64,000 bases of DNA from Polyangiales bacterium (GCA_045106895.1 JBGCFM010000024.1:32001-96000), one strand, 5' to 3'; shown: positions 39,388 to 49,604, counted from the first letter of the stretch. Numbers and translations: made by a program. Notes: generated from the sequence alone by a model not told the origin.

Positions 39388-40449
39388 TCATTCGATGAAG
39401 ACGGACTCTTCCCCAAAGCGCTCCACCATCTCATCGATATGCGCGATAGCGCGGTCTACACGAAGCGCGAGCCCTTCTAGCTGGTGCGGCGGAAGAACCG
39501 GCGCGAGGGGGTCGTTCGCGAGCCTGGCCTCGTAGTCTTCCAGGCGGAATTCGCCGAGCGCCCGATAAGTGGAGCGACGAAAGCGCTGCAACACCTCGAT
39601 ACGCGACTCCATGAGCCCCTGGCGCGGGTTCACCCAAAAGCCGGCGCCGTTGTCGAGGTAGATCAGCCGACCGTTCACTCGGCGCACATTCGTGTACTCG
39701 CCGCCCCAGCGGTCCACATTGGAGATGAGGTAGTCGAAGAGAATCAGGTCCGAGAGCTCGGCGATCTCTTCAGTCGTGAGCGTCTCCGGCGCGTCGGCAA
39801 ACGAACCGAGTTCCGTCTCTGCGCGCTCGGCGCGGCCGTTGATGCGTGCGCGATAGTCCGCAGGTCGCTGAAAAGGCGTGATGTCGAGACCGCCGCGGAC
39901 TCGGACGAAGTGCTCCCAGTCTTGGCCCAGATGCCACGTTCGCAGGCGTCCATCGATCCAGTGAATGAACGCTCCGCGGACGAAGCCTTCGTCGATCACC
40001 GCGCTCGACTCGCCGCGGTATCCTTGGGCGGCGCGCTCAAGTCGGCTCCACTCGATCTGCCTTCCACTGACCGCGGGGGTTCGGCCGAGTCCGAGGATTC
40101 GGTCGAGATGGTAGGCGGCGATCTCCGAGTACCAGTGGGCGCCACTGAAGGATTGCTCGGGTTTGAAGTAGCCTTTGGTTCCGTCCTCGAGCTCGATGCG
40201 AAACGCGAGGGAACGTCCACCATGGCCAACGCGCACGCGCCGAATCGCAGAATCCGCAAGGGAGGCGAGGTGTGGCGCGTCTGCGTCGTCGAAGAAGGCG
40301 GGCACGGGCTCCGGGGCCGAGGCCTCGGGAGCCACAAGTTCGGGCGCTGGGACGTTCGCCGTCGCCTGTGGCGGGGGCAATTCGCTCGGTTCCGCTGTCT
40401 GAAGGCATCCAGAAAGGCAGAGCACGACGCATGTCCGGGCAAAACGCAC
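39388..40449 (-). CDS. Secreted/lipoprotein atypical kinase, Fam20/Four-jointed-like
   Basis: LSGC lipobox; FKP, EIAAYHLDRILG...P, FDYLISNVDR, LDNG. Confidence 0.75.
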   Translation of the reverse strand: MRFARTCVVLCLSGCLQTAEPSELPPPQATANVPAPELVAPEASAPEPVPAFFDDADAPHLASLADSAIRRVRVGHGGRSLAFRIELEDGTKGYFKPEQSFSGAHWYSEIAAYHLDRILGLGRTPAVSGRQIEWSRLERAAQGYRGESSAVIDEGFVRGAFIHWIDGRLRTWHLGQDWEHFVRVRGGLDITPFQRPADYRARINGRAERAETELGSFADAPETLTTEEIAELSDLILFDYLISNVDRWGGEYTNVRRVNGRLIYLDNGAGFWVNPRQGLMESRIEVLQRFRRSTYRALGEFRLEDYEARLANDPLAPVLPPHQLEGLALRVDRAIAHIDEMVERFGEESVFIE

Positions 40450-40506
40450 ACGCTATTGGAACGGATCCGGGGGCCTGAACGCCAAAAAAGCGCAGGCGAG
40501 CGAAAG

Positions 40507-41946
40507 CTAGCGCCGCACTTCGTTTTCGTAGTCGCGGCGTACGGAGCTCAAACGAAGCTGATCGACTTCCAGGCCGGCAAAGGGCTGCTGAATCGGGAGA
40601 TGCGAGCCCTCATCGCTAAAGATCGCCACGGCCCCGACGACGAAGGGGTTGGCGTTCCCCACCAGGTTCAGCTCGTGCGTGTCGGCGAAGCAGGTCCGCT
40701 CAGATCCGCGATAGAAGAGGGGTCCGCTTCGGTTCTGACGGACGCCGTCGATCCACAGCTCAACGCCGCCAGTGCCAAAGTTGATGCCGACGCGCCGCCA
40801 TGTGCTCTCAAAGTCGATGGGCTCGGAACAGATGTAGAACTCCTCAAGGACGCTCTGGGAGCGAAGCACGATCTCGCCCCTCTCCGAGGTGGACATGGTG
40901 AAGTGCCCGGCTCCGTTGTCTTGGGCGTCGCGGCCAAGGATGTCTTGGGTGAATCCGGCGTCGGGTCCGCGAATCCAGAAGTCGAGGGAGCCCGCGCTGA
41001 GTTGAAACTCAGGCCGGTCTGGAATGCGAAAGTGCGACGATGGCGACCCGTCGTCGGTGATGCGAAGGACATTTCCTCCACAGGGCGAATCACCGGCCTG
41101 AAGGAGCGAATTGTCAGCGACCCCGCTCATTCCGGTGACGAGGTCATTCGCATCGTCGAAGGTGAACAGGAAGAGCGTGTCCTCGTCCGCGTCGCCGCAG
41201 GCGGTGGGTCCGGCGTCTGGCGCTCCTGCATCGAAGACATCGGGCGGGCCCCCATCGAAGACATCGGGCGAACCCGCATCGAAAACATCGGGTCCGCCTG
41301 CGTCCATTACGCCCGCGTCGCCTGCCGCTTCGATGCACCCTCGGAGAGCGTGGCAAACCTCGCCCGCTTCGCACAGCGTGTTGTTCGGGACCGCTAAGCA
41401 TACGCCTTCGTCACAGCGTGCTTCCACGCACGAGACGTCAGGCACGGCGCACTCGGAAGCGGCCATGCACTGGTCCGGCGGACAGAACTCGGGAGTCTGC
41501 GGCGTGCATCGAGGGTCCACGCAGCGGCCGCCAAGGCAGCTCTCCAGCGCGGGGTTGTCGTTGGGGCACATCACGCCTTGGCAGTTGCGCGTCAGGACGA
41601 TGGTGACCACGGTGATGGGCGCCTGCACGATGGCGGAGACGCGCCGTGTCGCGACGGGGATGCCACCACGGAAGAGCGTCAACGTGAGGGCATGCTGCCC
41701 CGCCTGAGTCGTAGTCTCGTCGATGCGTTGCCCACGGAGGTAGTCCTCGGAGCGTTCGACCACGTGGTCGAAACGCACGGCGACGTCCCCGTCATCGACC
41801 TGCACGCGGACGGCGTCGAACTCGACGAAGGGGACGTAGTCGGTCTTTAGATCCACGCGCACCGTCGGCTCGACGGGATCCGTCGAGCATCCGAGAAATG
41901 CGACGCAAAGCGCTGCGATGAGCAGTCTTAGGGAAACGGCGTGCAA
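40507..41946 (-). CDS. Cys-rich lipoprotein with LamG/ConA-like domain
   Basis: LGC lipobox; Cys-rich segment; DAG linker; LDFWIR, W..V, LWIDG, VDQLRLS. Confidence 0.8.
   Translation of the reverse strand: MHAVSLRLLIAALCVAFLGCSTDPVEPTVRVDLKTDYVPFVEFDAVRVQVDDGDVAVRFDHVVERSEDYLRGQRIDETTTQAGQHALTLTLFRGGIPVATRRVSAIVQAPITVVTIVLTRNCQGVMCPNDNPALESCLGGRCVDPRCTPQTPEFCPPDQCMAASECAVPDVSCVEARCDEGVCLAVPNNTLCEAGEVCHALRGCIEAAGDAGVMDAGGPDVFDAGSPDVFDGGPPDVFDAGAPDAGPTACGDADEDTLFLFTFDDANDLVTGMSGVADNSLLQAGDSPCGGNVLRITDDGSPSSHFRIPDRPEFQLSAGSLDFWIRGPDAGFTQDILGRDAQDNGAGHFTMSTSERGEIVLRSQSVLEEFYICSEPIDFESTWRRVGINFGTGGVELWIDGVRQNRSGPLFYRGSERTCFADTHELNLVGNANPFVVGAVAIFSDEGSHLPIQQPFAGLEVDQLRLSSVRRDYENEVRR
41229..41300. 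repeat. 3 x 24-bp tandem repeat encoding DAGxPDVF-like units
   Basis: catcgaa(g/a)acatcggg at 41229, 41253 and 41277. Confidence 0.85.
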
Positions 41947-42584
41947 CGGTTTGTATCGTTTCGGCAGGTGTACATCTCAGGGTCAGGGCACTCCGCCGGT
42001 GACGAACAAGCGCATTCACCAATGTCGACACAGCGCAAAGTCCAGCACGAGCCGTCTTCGGTCACTTCCGGAACGGACCCGCGCTCACACTCCGGCGTAG
42101 GGATTCGGCAGGTGACTCCCCTGGGGTCACAGCTCACGCCTCCAGGTCTTGGGCATGGGCCCATGGAAACGAAGGGCCGGCTCGGGCACGTCGAGCTTCC
42201 ACTGAAGGTGGTTCCGTCGCAGCCGCAGAAGGTGGCGATATCATCGGTACATGGAGCGTCTGTGATGCAGAACCAGTCGGCGCTACACGAGCGGCCCGTA
42301 CATGCACCTTCGCAAGGCGCGTCGGGAGAACAAAGCGCTGGGCCCACGGGCCCCGCGTCGTCGCCGGGTCCCGCGTCGTCGCTCGGTCCTGCATCGCCGG
42401 GTCCTGCGTCGTCGCCGGGTCCAGCGTCGTCGCTGGAACCCGTATCTCGTTCATTCGCGTCCGCCAGCGATCCGTCTTGGATCATCCCCCAGGCGTCCTC
42501 CGCGGGTGCGTCGACACCCGCATCGCCTCCCGACGAGGTCGAACACGCAAAGCAGAAGATGACGAGGAGCTGAGTGACGCGCAT
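41928..42584 (-). CDS. Cys-rich lipoprotein with Kazal-like motif and DDAGP repeats
   Basis: FAC lipobox; FCGCDGTTF. Confidence 0.75.
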   Translation of the reverse strand: MRVTQLLVIFCFACSTSSGGDAGVDAPAEDAWGMIQDGSLADANERDTGSSDDAGPGDDAGPGDAGPSDDAGPGDDAGPVGPALCSPDAPCEGACTGRSCSADWFCITDAPCTDDIATFCGCDGTTFSGSSTCPSRPFVSMGPCPRPGGVSCDPRGVTCRIPTPECERGSVPEVTEDGSCWTLRCVDIGECACSSPAECPDPEMYTCRNDTNRCTPFP

Positions 42585-42631
42585 GGCGTCAAGGGTAGCA
42601 GCGAGGTCGCGAAAGCGAAAAGGAATGGACG

Positions 42632-43585
42632 CTAGGGCAGCAGGCAGAGTGCGCGCGTGACGCGGTCCATGCCGCCTCGGTCGTCGCGCATCACAATCTC
42701 AAAACGAACCACGCGACCGCCGGCCTCCACCGGATCTTCGATCTCCTCAGTCACGTAGGTGATCTCTGCGGTGGGCGTGGCTTCAAACGCGGTGGCGCCG
42801 GGCTCCGCGTCGATGACGCTGAAGAGGTTGCTGATCCCGAGGTCCGTTGCGTAAAAAGCGACGGGAAGGTCTTCATTGGTGGCGACGGGCGGGTCGAAGC
42901 TCTCATCCAGGAAGGGCTCCCGGGAACCTGGAACAGGATCGACCTCAATGGTGTGCTCGTCTGCGGTGCCCGTTCGAATCTGAGGCATGTCGAGGCCTTC
43001 GCACCCGCTCAGCTCTTCGGGCTCGGCTGTCCAAACTTCATCGTTGAACCGGACTTCGGCGATACCCGGGGAGAGGTTGTCGCGTTCCTCTTCAGCAACG
43101 AAGACACTGCCGGTCACAAGCTGACCCACCCCTTCGTCGACGCACGGGTTGGTGATCTCCATGGCGGCGTCCATGTTGATGTCCAGGTTCACCTGCCCGC
43201 CCATGCAAACGGCGCCGATAAAGAGCAGATCCTCCGCCGGACCTTCGGGTACGTCGACGACGAAGGAGGGCGCGTCGAGGGTGGGCGTCGCGCCGATGGC
43301 AAAGGTCAAGGGGTCGCCCTCTTCGCAGAAGCCGATTCCAAAGGCCGTGGCGGCAGGCCGGCACACGATGATGGCCCAGGTGTTCTGGACGGGTTCTTCT
43401 TTTTGAGTCAGGAGAAACTCCACGCGGACACTTTCGCCGGGCCGGGCGCTGGCGCGCTCAGGGGCACCATCGACGGCATAGGTCGCCCCGATAATGCGGG
43501 GTTTGACGATGAGTGACGTGGGATCGGGTGTTGGACCACAGGCGACGGCCAGGAAGAACGAGCCCAAAAGAAGTACGCGAATCAC
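42632..43585 (-). CDS. Hypothetical lipoprotein downstream of the TonB-dependent receptor
   Basis: VAC lipobox; PRI, VMRDDRGG; 4-bp overlap with the receptor gene. Confidence 0.8.
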   Translation of the reverse strand: MIRVLLLGSFFLAVACGPTPDPTSLIVKPRIIGATYAVDGAPERASARPGESVRVEFLLTQKEEPVQNTWAIIVCRPAATAFGIGFCEEGDPLTFAIGATPTLDAPSFVVDVPEGPAEDLLFIGAVCMGGQVNLDINMDAAMEITNPCVDEGVGQLVTGSVFVAEEERDNLSPGIAEVRFNDEVWTAEPEELSGCEGLDMPQIRTGTADEHTIEVDPVPGSREPFLDESFDPPVATNEDLPVAFYATDLGISNLFSVIDAEPGATAFEATPTAEITYVTEEIEDPVEAGGRVVRFEIVMRDDRGGMDRVTRALCLLP

Positions 43586-46305
43586 ATCTCACCTCGCAGT
43601 CCGATGGCGGGGATAATCGGCAGCCCATTGACGGGAACAGCCTGCGTAAAGTCGTAGTTGAATACGAGGCTTTCCTGGTTTTGCTGGTTGTAGACATTCT
43701 GGATGTCGAGGAAGAGCGCGAGGCGCCAGGAATCAAAGATCCACTTCTTCTCGATGCGAATGTCCAGGCGGTTGAAGAGCGGGTTGCGCTGCGTGTTCTG
43801 CTGGCTGCTCAGCGCCGTGTAGTTGAGCGAGTTGACGTTCACGATACTGCCGTTTGGAACGGTGCCAGGGTTGCCGCTAACGAGTCGGAGGGTACCGCCA
43901 ATCTCCCAGTTGCGTGGGAGGCGGTAGACACCCGTGAGCGTGAAGATGTGCGTCTGGTCGAAATCAAAGAGACGCCACGTTTGGTCTTGGTCTGGATTGT
44001 CTTGGCGTTCACTCCGCGACACGGTGTAGCTGAGGTAGCCGAACCAGCGGCGACCTTCGGGGCTTACGCGGGCTGAGATCTCCGCACCGTAGATTCGGCC
44101 AAGACCTCCGTTGACGAAGCGGTCTCCGCTGCCGCCGGGGGTGGCCACGACGCGGTCCCACAGTCGCTTGTAGAAGCCTTCGACGCTGAGCCGAACGCCT
44201 TGGACGACGTCGTAGTCCACACCCAGGCCAAAATGCGCTGCGCGAATCCAGTCGAGGTTGTCATTTCCGAGCTCCGGGGAGGATTCCTGGAACTCCGGTG
44301 GCTGCGAGAACATGCCTGCGCCGCCCTTGATCCGAACGTTCTCATGAACCTGAACGGCGGTGACGAGGCGAGGGTCAAAGTTGAAGCGCCGAATCTGCTG
44401 GTCGTAGTCGACGCGGCCGCCAAGGATGATGTTCCAAGGGTCGGTGAGCCGGATGTCGCTCTCAAAGTAGACCGCTGGACGGTAGGAGGTCTGGCTGACG
44501 GTGAAGTCTACGGGCGTATCCGAGAGGTCGGGTTCCTCTGTGGCGCCTTCTTGCTGACCCGTCTGCGGACCTCGGTAGCGAATGCTGAAAGGCGAGAGGC
44601 TGGAGTCGATACCGGCGATGATGCGAACGCGATCGCTCGCCTGGTGCGTCAGCTCGATTCGGTGGCTCGTCTGCCAGTTGTCGAGGTCGAAGCTGATGAC
44701 GTCGCCGAGGCCAAACTGGAACTGCTGGAGGGCACCAAGAACATCGATGTCGAGGCGCGTGTCGGCGCCGAACTGGTGTCGCCAACCGAGCTGAAGGTGG
44801 TTGAAGCGTGTGGTCAGGCCGGCGTTGCCGCGGACGTTCGGGTCGTCTCCAAGTGAGTCTCCGAGGTTGACGGCGATGCGGTCGTTCGCGCCGTAAAAGA
44901 GGAAACGAAGCCGGTCGTTGGGCGTGGGCCGGTACGTGATAAACGCCTGGTAGTCGTAGTAGACCGGCGCCGCGACGAGTCCGATGTCGTCCGGCAGCAC
45001 GTTCTCGATGACGAGGTCGATGAGGCTTCGGCGAACACCAAAAGCGCCAGCTGCGTTTTCGCCGATAGGGAACTCGACGAGGGCGCTCACGTCGATGACG
45101 CTAAGCTCAGCGACGCCGTGGAAGCCGTCGCGGGTTGGGTCGCGAAGGTCGACTTCGACGATGCCGCCCATCTTTCGGCCGTAGCGCGCGGAGAAGTTGC
45201 CGGGGAAGAAGTCGATGCGGTCGAGAAGACGCGAGTTGATGACGCTGGTGAGTCCGCCGAAGTGATAGATCTGTGGCAGCGGCACGCCTTCGATGAACAC
45301 CTGAGAGTCACCGGGCGCCGAACCACGAATGACCAGCTGACCTGAGCCGAACGGCGGCCTAGCTACGCCGGGGAGAATCTCGATGGCACGCAGGGCGTCG
45401 CCGCGAGTACCGGGGATTCGCGTCAGGGCGTCACGGGGGATCGAGCGTCGCGTGACCTCGCGGGGTGGTGGGTCGATAACGGCGCGCGCACCGAATGCGA
45501 GCTCATCCACTTCGTCTTCGGGACCAACGTCCGACTGCATGCGGTACGTCACGTCTGTGACCTCTCCGCTCAGCACATCTTCCGACTGGGTGAGTTCGCC
45601 CATGTCCGGCACGATGATTCGCAGCTGGTAGCTTCCGGCGGGGAGCTCTTCGAAGGCGAAACGACCATCCGCGGTTGTCACGGCCCGTCGTGCGACGCTC
45701 TCGTCTTCGGAGGTGAGGATCACCTCCGCTTGGTTCAGCGCGTTGCCGTCTTCTTGGGCGAGCAGCTGTCCTTCGAGTCGACCCGGCGGCGGCGTCTCGG
45801 GCTCGGCAGGTACCTCAGGCTCCCGAAGCTCGAAGACGTAGTTGTAGCGAATACGCACCGTGAAGGGCTCACCGTCACGTGTTGCTGGGGTGAAGCGAAA
45901 GCGGCGCACGGCGTCGAGGGCTGCGCCGTCGAAATCATCGCCTGCGCTCTCGACGATCTCGGCATCGACGACCTCACCTTCGAGGCCGATGGTAACGGCC
46001 ATGCCGACGGTGGCCTCGCGCTCTTCTTCTTGCGCCGCCGCGGGGTACGCCGCTTCGACGAACTCTGCGATGCTCGGGGGCCGGATGACGGGGTCCGCGC
46101 TTGTGCACTGGATCGTCTCGCCGCACTCCGAGACGGGGTGACAGGTCTCGTCGCCTTCGGCGCACTCGCCGATGACGCGCTCGCCTTGCGGGCACTCTGG
46201 CTCCGCGTCGCACGGTTGGGCGGAAACGGAGTTCGTGCTGCTGAGCACAAAGAAGAGGCACAAGGAGGCCAGCGTTAGTGGGATGCGACCAGAGAAGCGG
46301 AGCAT
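43582..46305 (-). CDS. TonB-dependent receptor with N-terminal TonB C-terminal-like domain
   Basis: YP..A...G.V...FD.AA..AV..FRFTPA; plug GDALRA...LPGV; PGNFSARYG; RLDIRIEK, DIQNVYN. Confidence 0.9.
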   Translation of the reverse strand: MLRFSGRIPLTLASLCLFFVLSSTNSVSAQPCDAEPECPQGERVIGECAEGDETCHPVSECGETIQCTSADPVIRPPSIAEFVEAAYPAAAQEEEREATVGMAVTIGLEGEVVDAEIVESAGDDFDGAALDAVRRFRFTPATRDGEPFTVRIRYNYVFELREPEVPAEPETPPPGRLEGQLLAQEDGNALNQAEVILTSEDESVARRAVTTADGRFAFEELPAGSYQLRIIVPDMGELTQSEDVLSGEVTDVTYRMQSDVGPEDEVDELAFGARAVIDPPPREVTRRSIPRDALTRIPGTRGDALRAIEILPGVARPPFGSGQLVIRGSAPGDSQVFIEGVPLPQIYHFGGLTSVINSRLLDRIDFFPGNFSARYGRKMGGIVEVDLRDPTRDGFHGVAELSVIDVSALVEFPIGENAAGAFGVRRSLIDLVIENVLPDDIGLVAAPVYYDYQAFITYRPTPNDRLRFLFYGANDRIAVNLGDSLGDDPNVRGNAGLTTRFNHLQLGWRHQFGADTRLDIDVLGALQQFQFGLGDVISFDLDNWQTSHRIELTHQASDRVRIIAGIDSSLSPFSIRYRGPQTGQQEGATEEPDLSDTPVDFTVSQTSYRPAVYFESDIRLTDPWNIILGGRVDYDQQIRRFNFDPRLVTAVQVHENVRIKGGAGMFSQPPEFQESSPELGNDNLDWIRAAHFGLGVDYDVVQGVRLSVEGFYKRLWDRVVATPGGSGDRFVNGGLGRIYGAEISARVSPEGRRWFGYLSYTVSRSERQDNPDQDQTWRLFDFDQTHIFTLTGVYRLPRNWEIGGTLRLVSGNPGTVPNGSIVNVNSLNYTALSSQQNTQRNPLFNRLDIRIEKKWIFDSWRLALFLDIQNVYNQQNQESLVFNYDFTQAVPVNGLPIIPAIGLRGEM

Positions 46306-46433
46306 GGCGAGGATCTTTCGTTCCCAGACGTGGTCTCGTCAACCAAACGTCTTCTCGCCTTCGTCGCAAAGGCGGGGACAGCGTTACGAGCAGACTTTGC
46401 GAATTCGACGCGGAATGCCATGTTGCGGCCAGA

Positions 46434-47786
46434 ATGACGAGCGATCTAAGCAAATGGAGTCTGAACAGCTGGCAAAGATTTCCTGTATCTCAAGACGTGC
46501 CTTATGCGGATGCGGATGCGCTCAAGGACGCCATCGGTACTCTCCGTGCGCTCCCGCCGCTCGTGACGTCCTTCGAGGTGGAACGTCTCAAGAAGCTCCT
46601 GGCGGATGCACAGCGCGGGGAACGCTTTGTATTGCAGGGCGGCGATTGCGCGGAGACCTTGGCGGATTGTCACTCCGACTCTATCGCCAAGAAGCTCAAG
46701 ATCTTGCTTCAGATGTCCATGGTGCTCGTCCACGGACGAAAGTGTCCCGTCGTTCGCATTGGTCGTTTCGCAGGCCAGTACGCGAAGCCGCGCTCACGTC
46801 CGACGGAAACCCGCGACGGCGTCACGCACCCGAACTACTTCGGCGACCTCGTCAACCGGCCGGAGTTCAGCGCTGAAGCACGCCGCGCCGATCCGTGGCT
46901 CCTCGTCGACGGCTACAAGCACGCGGCGCTTACGCTCAACTTCGTTCGCTCGCTGACAGACGGCGGTTTCGCGGACCTTCATCACCCGGAGTACTGGGAC
47001 CTCTCCTTCATGGAGAGCGCTACGCTGCCGCCGACTCTCAAGGCGCAGTATCTGGAAACCACCGAACGTGTGCGTGGCGCGCTGCGTTTCATGAACGCTC
47101 TCGGTGACGCGCCCGCCGATGCGCTCGCTCGCGCGCCTTTCTTCACGAGCCACGAAGGGCTCAACCTTCACTACGAGTCTGCCCAGACGCGCCGGGTGCC
47201 CCGACGTGATGGCTGGTACGACCTCTCGACGCATATGCCTTGGATCGGCGAGCGCACGCGCGGCCTTGATGGCGCGCATGTGGAGTTCTTCCGCGGCATC
47301 GGAAACCCCATCGGCGTCAAGATTGGTCCAACGGCGACGCCGGAGATCGTCTTGGGTCTTTTGGATGTCCTGGACCCGGATGGCGAGCCCGGGAAAATCG
47401 TGCTCATCACCCGCATGGGCGCGGACCGCGTTCGTGAGGCCCTGCCGCCTATCCTCGAGGCTGTTCACGCCAGCGGCCGTCCGGTCTTGTGGATGAGCGA
47501 TCCTATGCATGGCAACACACACGCCACGGCGGGCGGTCTGAAGACCCGCAACTTCGACGCCATCCTCGATGAGCTCGAAGGCTGCCGCGCGGCCCATGAT
47601 GCTGCGGGCACTTATATGGGCGGAGTCCACTTTGAGCTCACCGGCGACGACGTCACCGAGTGCACCGGTGGCGCCGACGGTCTCACGGACTCGGATCTCA
47701 GCCTCAACTACACGACGGCCTGCGACCCACGCCTCAACTACCGCCAGGCGCTGGAGATGACCTTCCGCCTCGCGGCATTCGGCTAG
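46434..47786 (+). CDS. Class II 3-deoxy-7-phosphoheptulonate (DAHP) synthase
   Basis: LQGGDCAE, GR.AGQYAKPRS, WIGERTR, DPMHGNT, CDPRLN. Confidence 0.96.
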   Translation: MTSDLSKWSLNSWQRFPVSQDVPYADADALKDAIGTLRALPPLVTSFEVERLKKLLADAQRGERFVLQGGDCAETLADCHSDSIAKKLKILLQMSMVLVHGRKCPVVRIGRFAGQYAKPRSRPTETRDGVTHPNYFGDLVNRPEFSAEARRADPWLLVDGYKHAALTLNFVRSLTDGGFADLHHPEYWDLSFMESATLPPTLKAQYLETTERVRGALRFMNALGDAPADALARAPFFTSHEGLNLHYESAQTRRVPRRDGWYDLSTHMPWIGERTRGLDGAHVEFFRGIGNPIGVKIGPTATPEIVLGLLDVLDPDGEPGKIVLITRMGADRVREALPPILEAVHASGRPVLWMSDPMHGNTHATAGGLKTRNFDAILDELEGCRAAHDAAGTYMGGVHFELTGDDVTECTGGADGLTDSDLSLNYTTACDPRLNYRQALEMTFRLAAFG

Positions 47787-47832
47787 CTCTTCCGGGCTCC
47801 GGCGCGATTGCCACGGGTTCACTGCCGCACCC

Positions 47833-47862
47833 ATAAAAAGGCGCGCCCGAGGGCGCCACCTT
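47833..47862 (-). terminator. Intrinsic terminator downstream of the MYG1 gene
   Basis: Minus strand GC stem-loop (gcgcc-ctcg-ggcgc) followed by TTTTTAT. Confidence 0.6.
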
Positions 47863-47917
47863 CGCACTGCGAGTCTTCACGACGAAGTAGTCCGCGGTCG
47901 CTGGAACCAAATGTCTC

Positions 47918-48766
47918 TTACGCGCGGTCCCAGCGCTGGAGCGCATCCAGCGCCGCGCTCTCCGTCGCAAACCCGGCGATGAATCGGTTTCGATGACAGA
48001 ACTTCGCGCCCTCGGTCCCCGTGATCTTCTGCAGCTCTTCGCCTTCGAGGCCGCCCCACTCTTCGGGGAGTTTCCGTTTGTCTTCCCGGCTGCCTTCGGC
48101 GACGGGGATCGTGACGACGCGCCAGTCGCCCTTGCCGGGAAAGAGAACGTATTCGGTGGAGTGATTCGCGCCGTCGTTCTCAAAGTAAGCGGGCTTCCAC
48201 TTCATGTAGCGGTCGAGGCGGATGGTCTTCCGGCCGGCTTCCGCCGCCACCTTCATGGCTGCTTGGACTTCTTCCTTCGCGGCGTTTGCCCGCGCCAGGC
48301 CGTCACGAAGTCCGCCTACGAGGTCCATCGCCATGGCGACGCCTCGCTCGTAGAGCTTGTCGAAGTCCTCGTTCGCCGACTCGTTGAGCACGCCGATGAG
48401 CATGGAAAAACATGGGACGCCGTCTTCCGGCTGCCGAGCGCCCACGTCCACAGCGTCCACGTAATCGACGAGCACGCGTCGAAGGTGCTCTGCGAGGGGA
48501 GCCTCGATGTTTCCTTCACTCTCCAGGAAGTCCAAGACCATGCCCGCCGACGAGCGGTTTCCTTCGTACTCACGCTGGTGGTGGTCGAAGCGCCGAGTCT
48601 CTGGGTCAAAGACATGACCGACGTCGAAGACGATGTCCGCCGTCGCGAGGACCTCGGGGTCCCTTGAACGAACGACCTTGGCCTCCGCATCGAGGAAAGT
48701 ACGAATCAGCGCCGCGGCGAGAACGTCGTCTGCATGAAAAGGGCCGCTGTGCGTTCCGAGAAGCAT
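47918..48766 (-). CDS. MYG1 family (DHH-like) nuclease
   Basis: THSGPFHADD, DVG..FD...RFDHHQ, SSAG, FCH..RFI. Confidence 0.9.
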   Translation of the reverse strand: MLLGTHSGPFHADDVLAAALIRTFLDAEAKVVRSRDPEVLATADIVFDVGHVFDPETRRFDHHQREYEGNRSSAGMVLDFLESEGNIEAPLAEHLRRVLVDYVDAVDVGARQPEDGVPCFSMLIGVLNESANEDFDKLYERGVAMAMDLVGGLRDGLARANAAKEEVQAAMKVAAEAGRKTIRLDRYMKWKPAYFENDGANHSTEYVLFPGKGDWRVVTIPVAEGSREDKRKLPEEWGGLEGEELQKITGTEGAKFCHRNRFIAGFATESAALDALQRWDRA

Positions 48767-48863
48767 GGGTGTCCACCTAGTGCCCAAAGCCCCACGGCGC
48801 CATGACAATGGCGCTCGACTCAGTGCGACTTGAGTTCTCTCGTGTCGATGGTACGGCTCGCGT

Positions 48864-49604
48864 GTGAGCGCTCTTGAAGACAGTTTGGAGATTGCGCGCG
48901 TCGCGACTCGCACGTGGCAGCAAGCCGCAGTTCTCGCCCACGGGCTGTGTCCTTTCGCGCACGGTCCCGCCAAGCGCGACGCCATCCACGTTCAAGCCGC
49001 CGAGGCGAAGAGCTCACAGAGCGCCGCCGCTGAAGCCATCTTGGCCGCCCACGCGCTCCTCGACAACGAGGACACGGACACAACGTTGGTCGTTTTCCCC
49101 TTCGCCTTGGACGACTTCGAGGACTTCTTGGACGTCATCGATGCCTGCGAGGCCTACCTCGACGAGCGCGAACTGGACACAAAGCTCCAGATCGCGTCGT
49201 TCCACCCCGAGTATCGTTTCGAAGGGACGACGGCGGAGGACGCGACGAACTACACAAACCGCTCTCCGCTTCCCGTTCTTCAGTGGCTTCGCGTCGATCA
49301 GGTGGCGGAAGGCATCGAGTCTTATGGGGAGACGGAGTCGATCCCAGAGCGGAATATGGCCCACATGAAGGGCCTGAGTAGCTGGGAACGCGAAGCGTTG
49401 CGTGCGCTGCCCAAGAGCGAAGTTCAGACAGAGGTTGCTCGGGATGGCTGGGAAGCTGCCAAATCTGGCCATTATTGCGTGACGACGACGCGGGTTTGTT
49501 TTGGCCTCCAGGGCATCAGCTCCACGCGCGTCTTTGCGGCGGAGACGGTGATCTCGCCGGGTCCATGGACCCTTCATGTTCGCTCCGGCGAAGTGCTCTC
49601 TTAA
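48864..49604 (+). CDS. DUF1415 family protein
   Basis: LCPFA, QIASFHPEY.F, NYTNRSP.P, IPERN. Confidence 0.88.
   Translation: MSALEDSLEIARVATRTWQQAAVLAHGLCPFAHGPAKRDAIHVQAAEAKSSQSAAAEAILAAHALLDNEDTDTTLVVFPFALDDFEDFLDVIDACEAYLDERELDTKLQIASFHPEYRFEGTTAEDATNYTNRSPLPVLQWLRVDQVAEGIESYGETESIPERNMAHMKGLSSWEREALRALPKSEVQTEVARDGWEAAKSGHYCVTTTRVCFGLQGISSTRVFAAETVISPGPWTLHVRSGEVLS

Noticed and set aside
39484..41397. 637-aa plus-strand ORF
   Set aside because: Antisense shadow of two motif-bearing minus-strand genes; such shadows are expected at this GC content, and it has no recognisable motifs.
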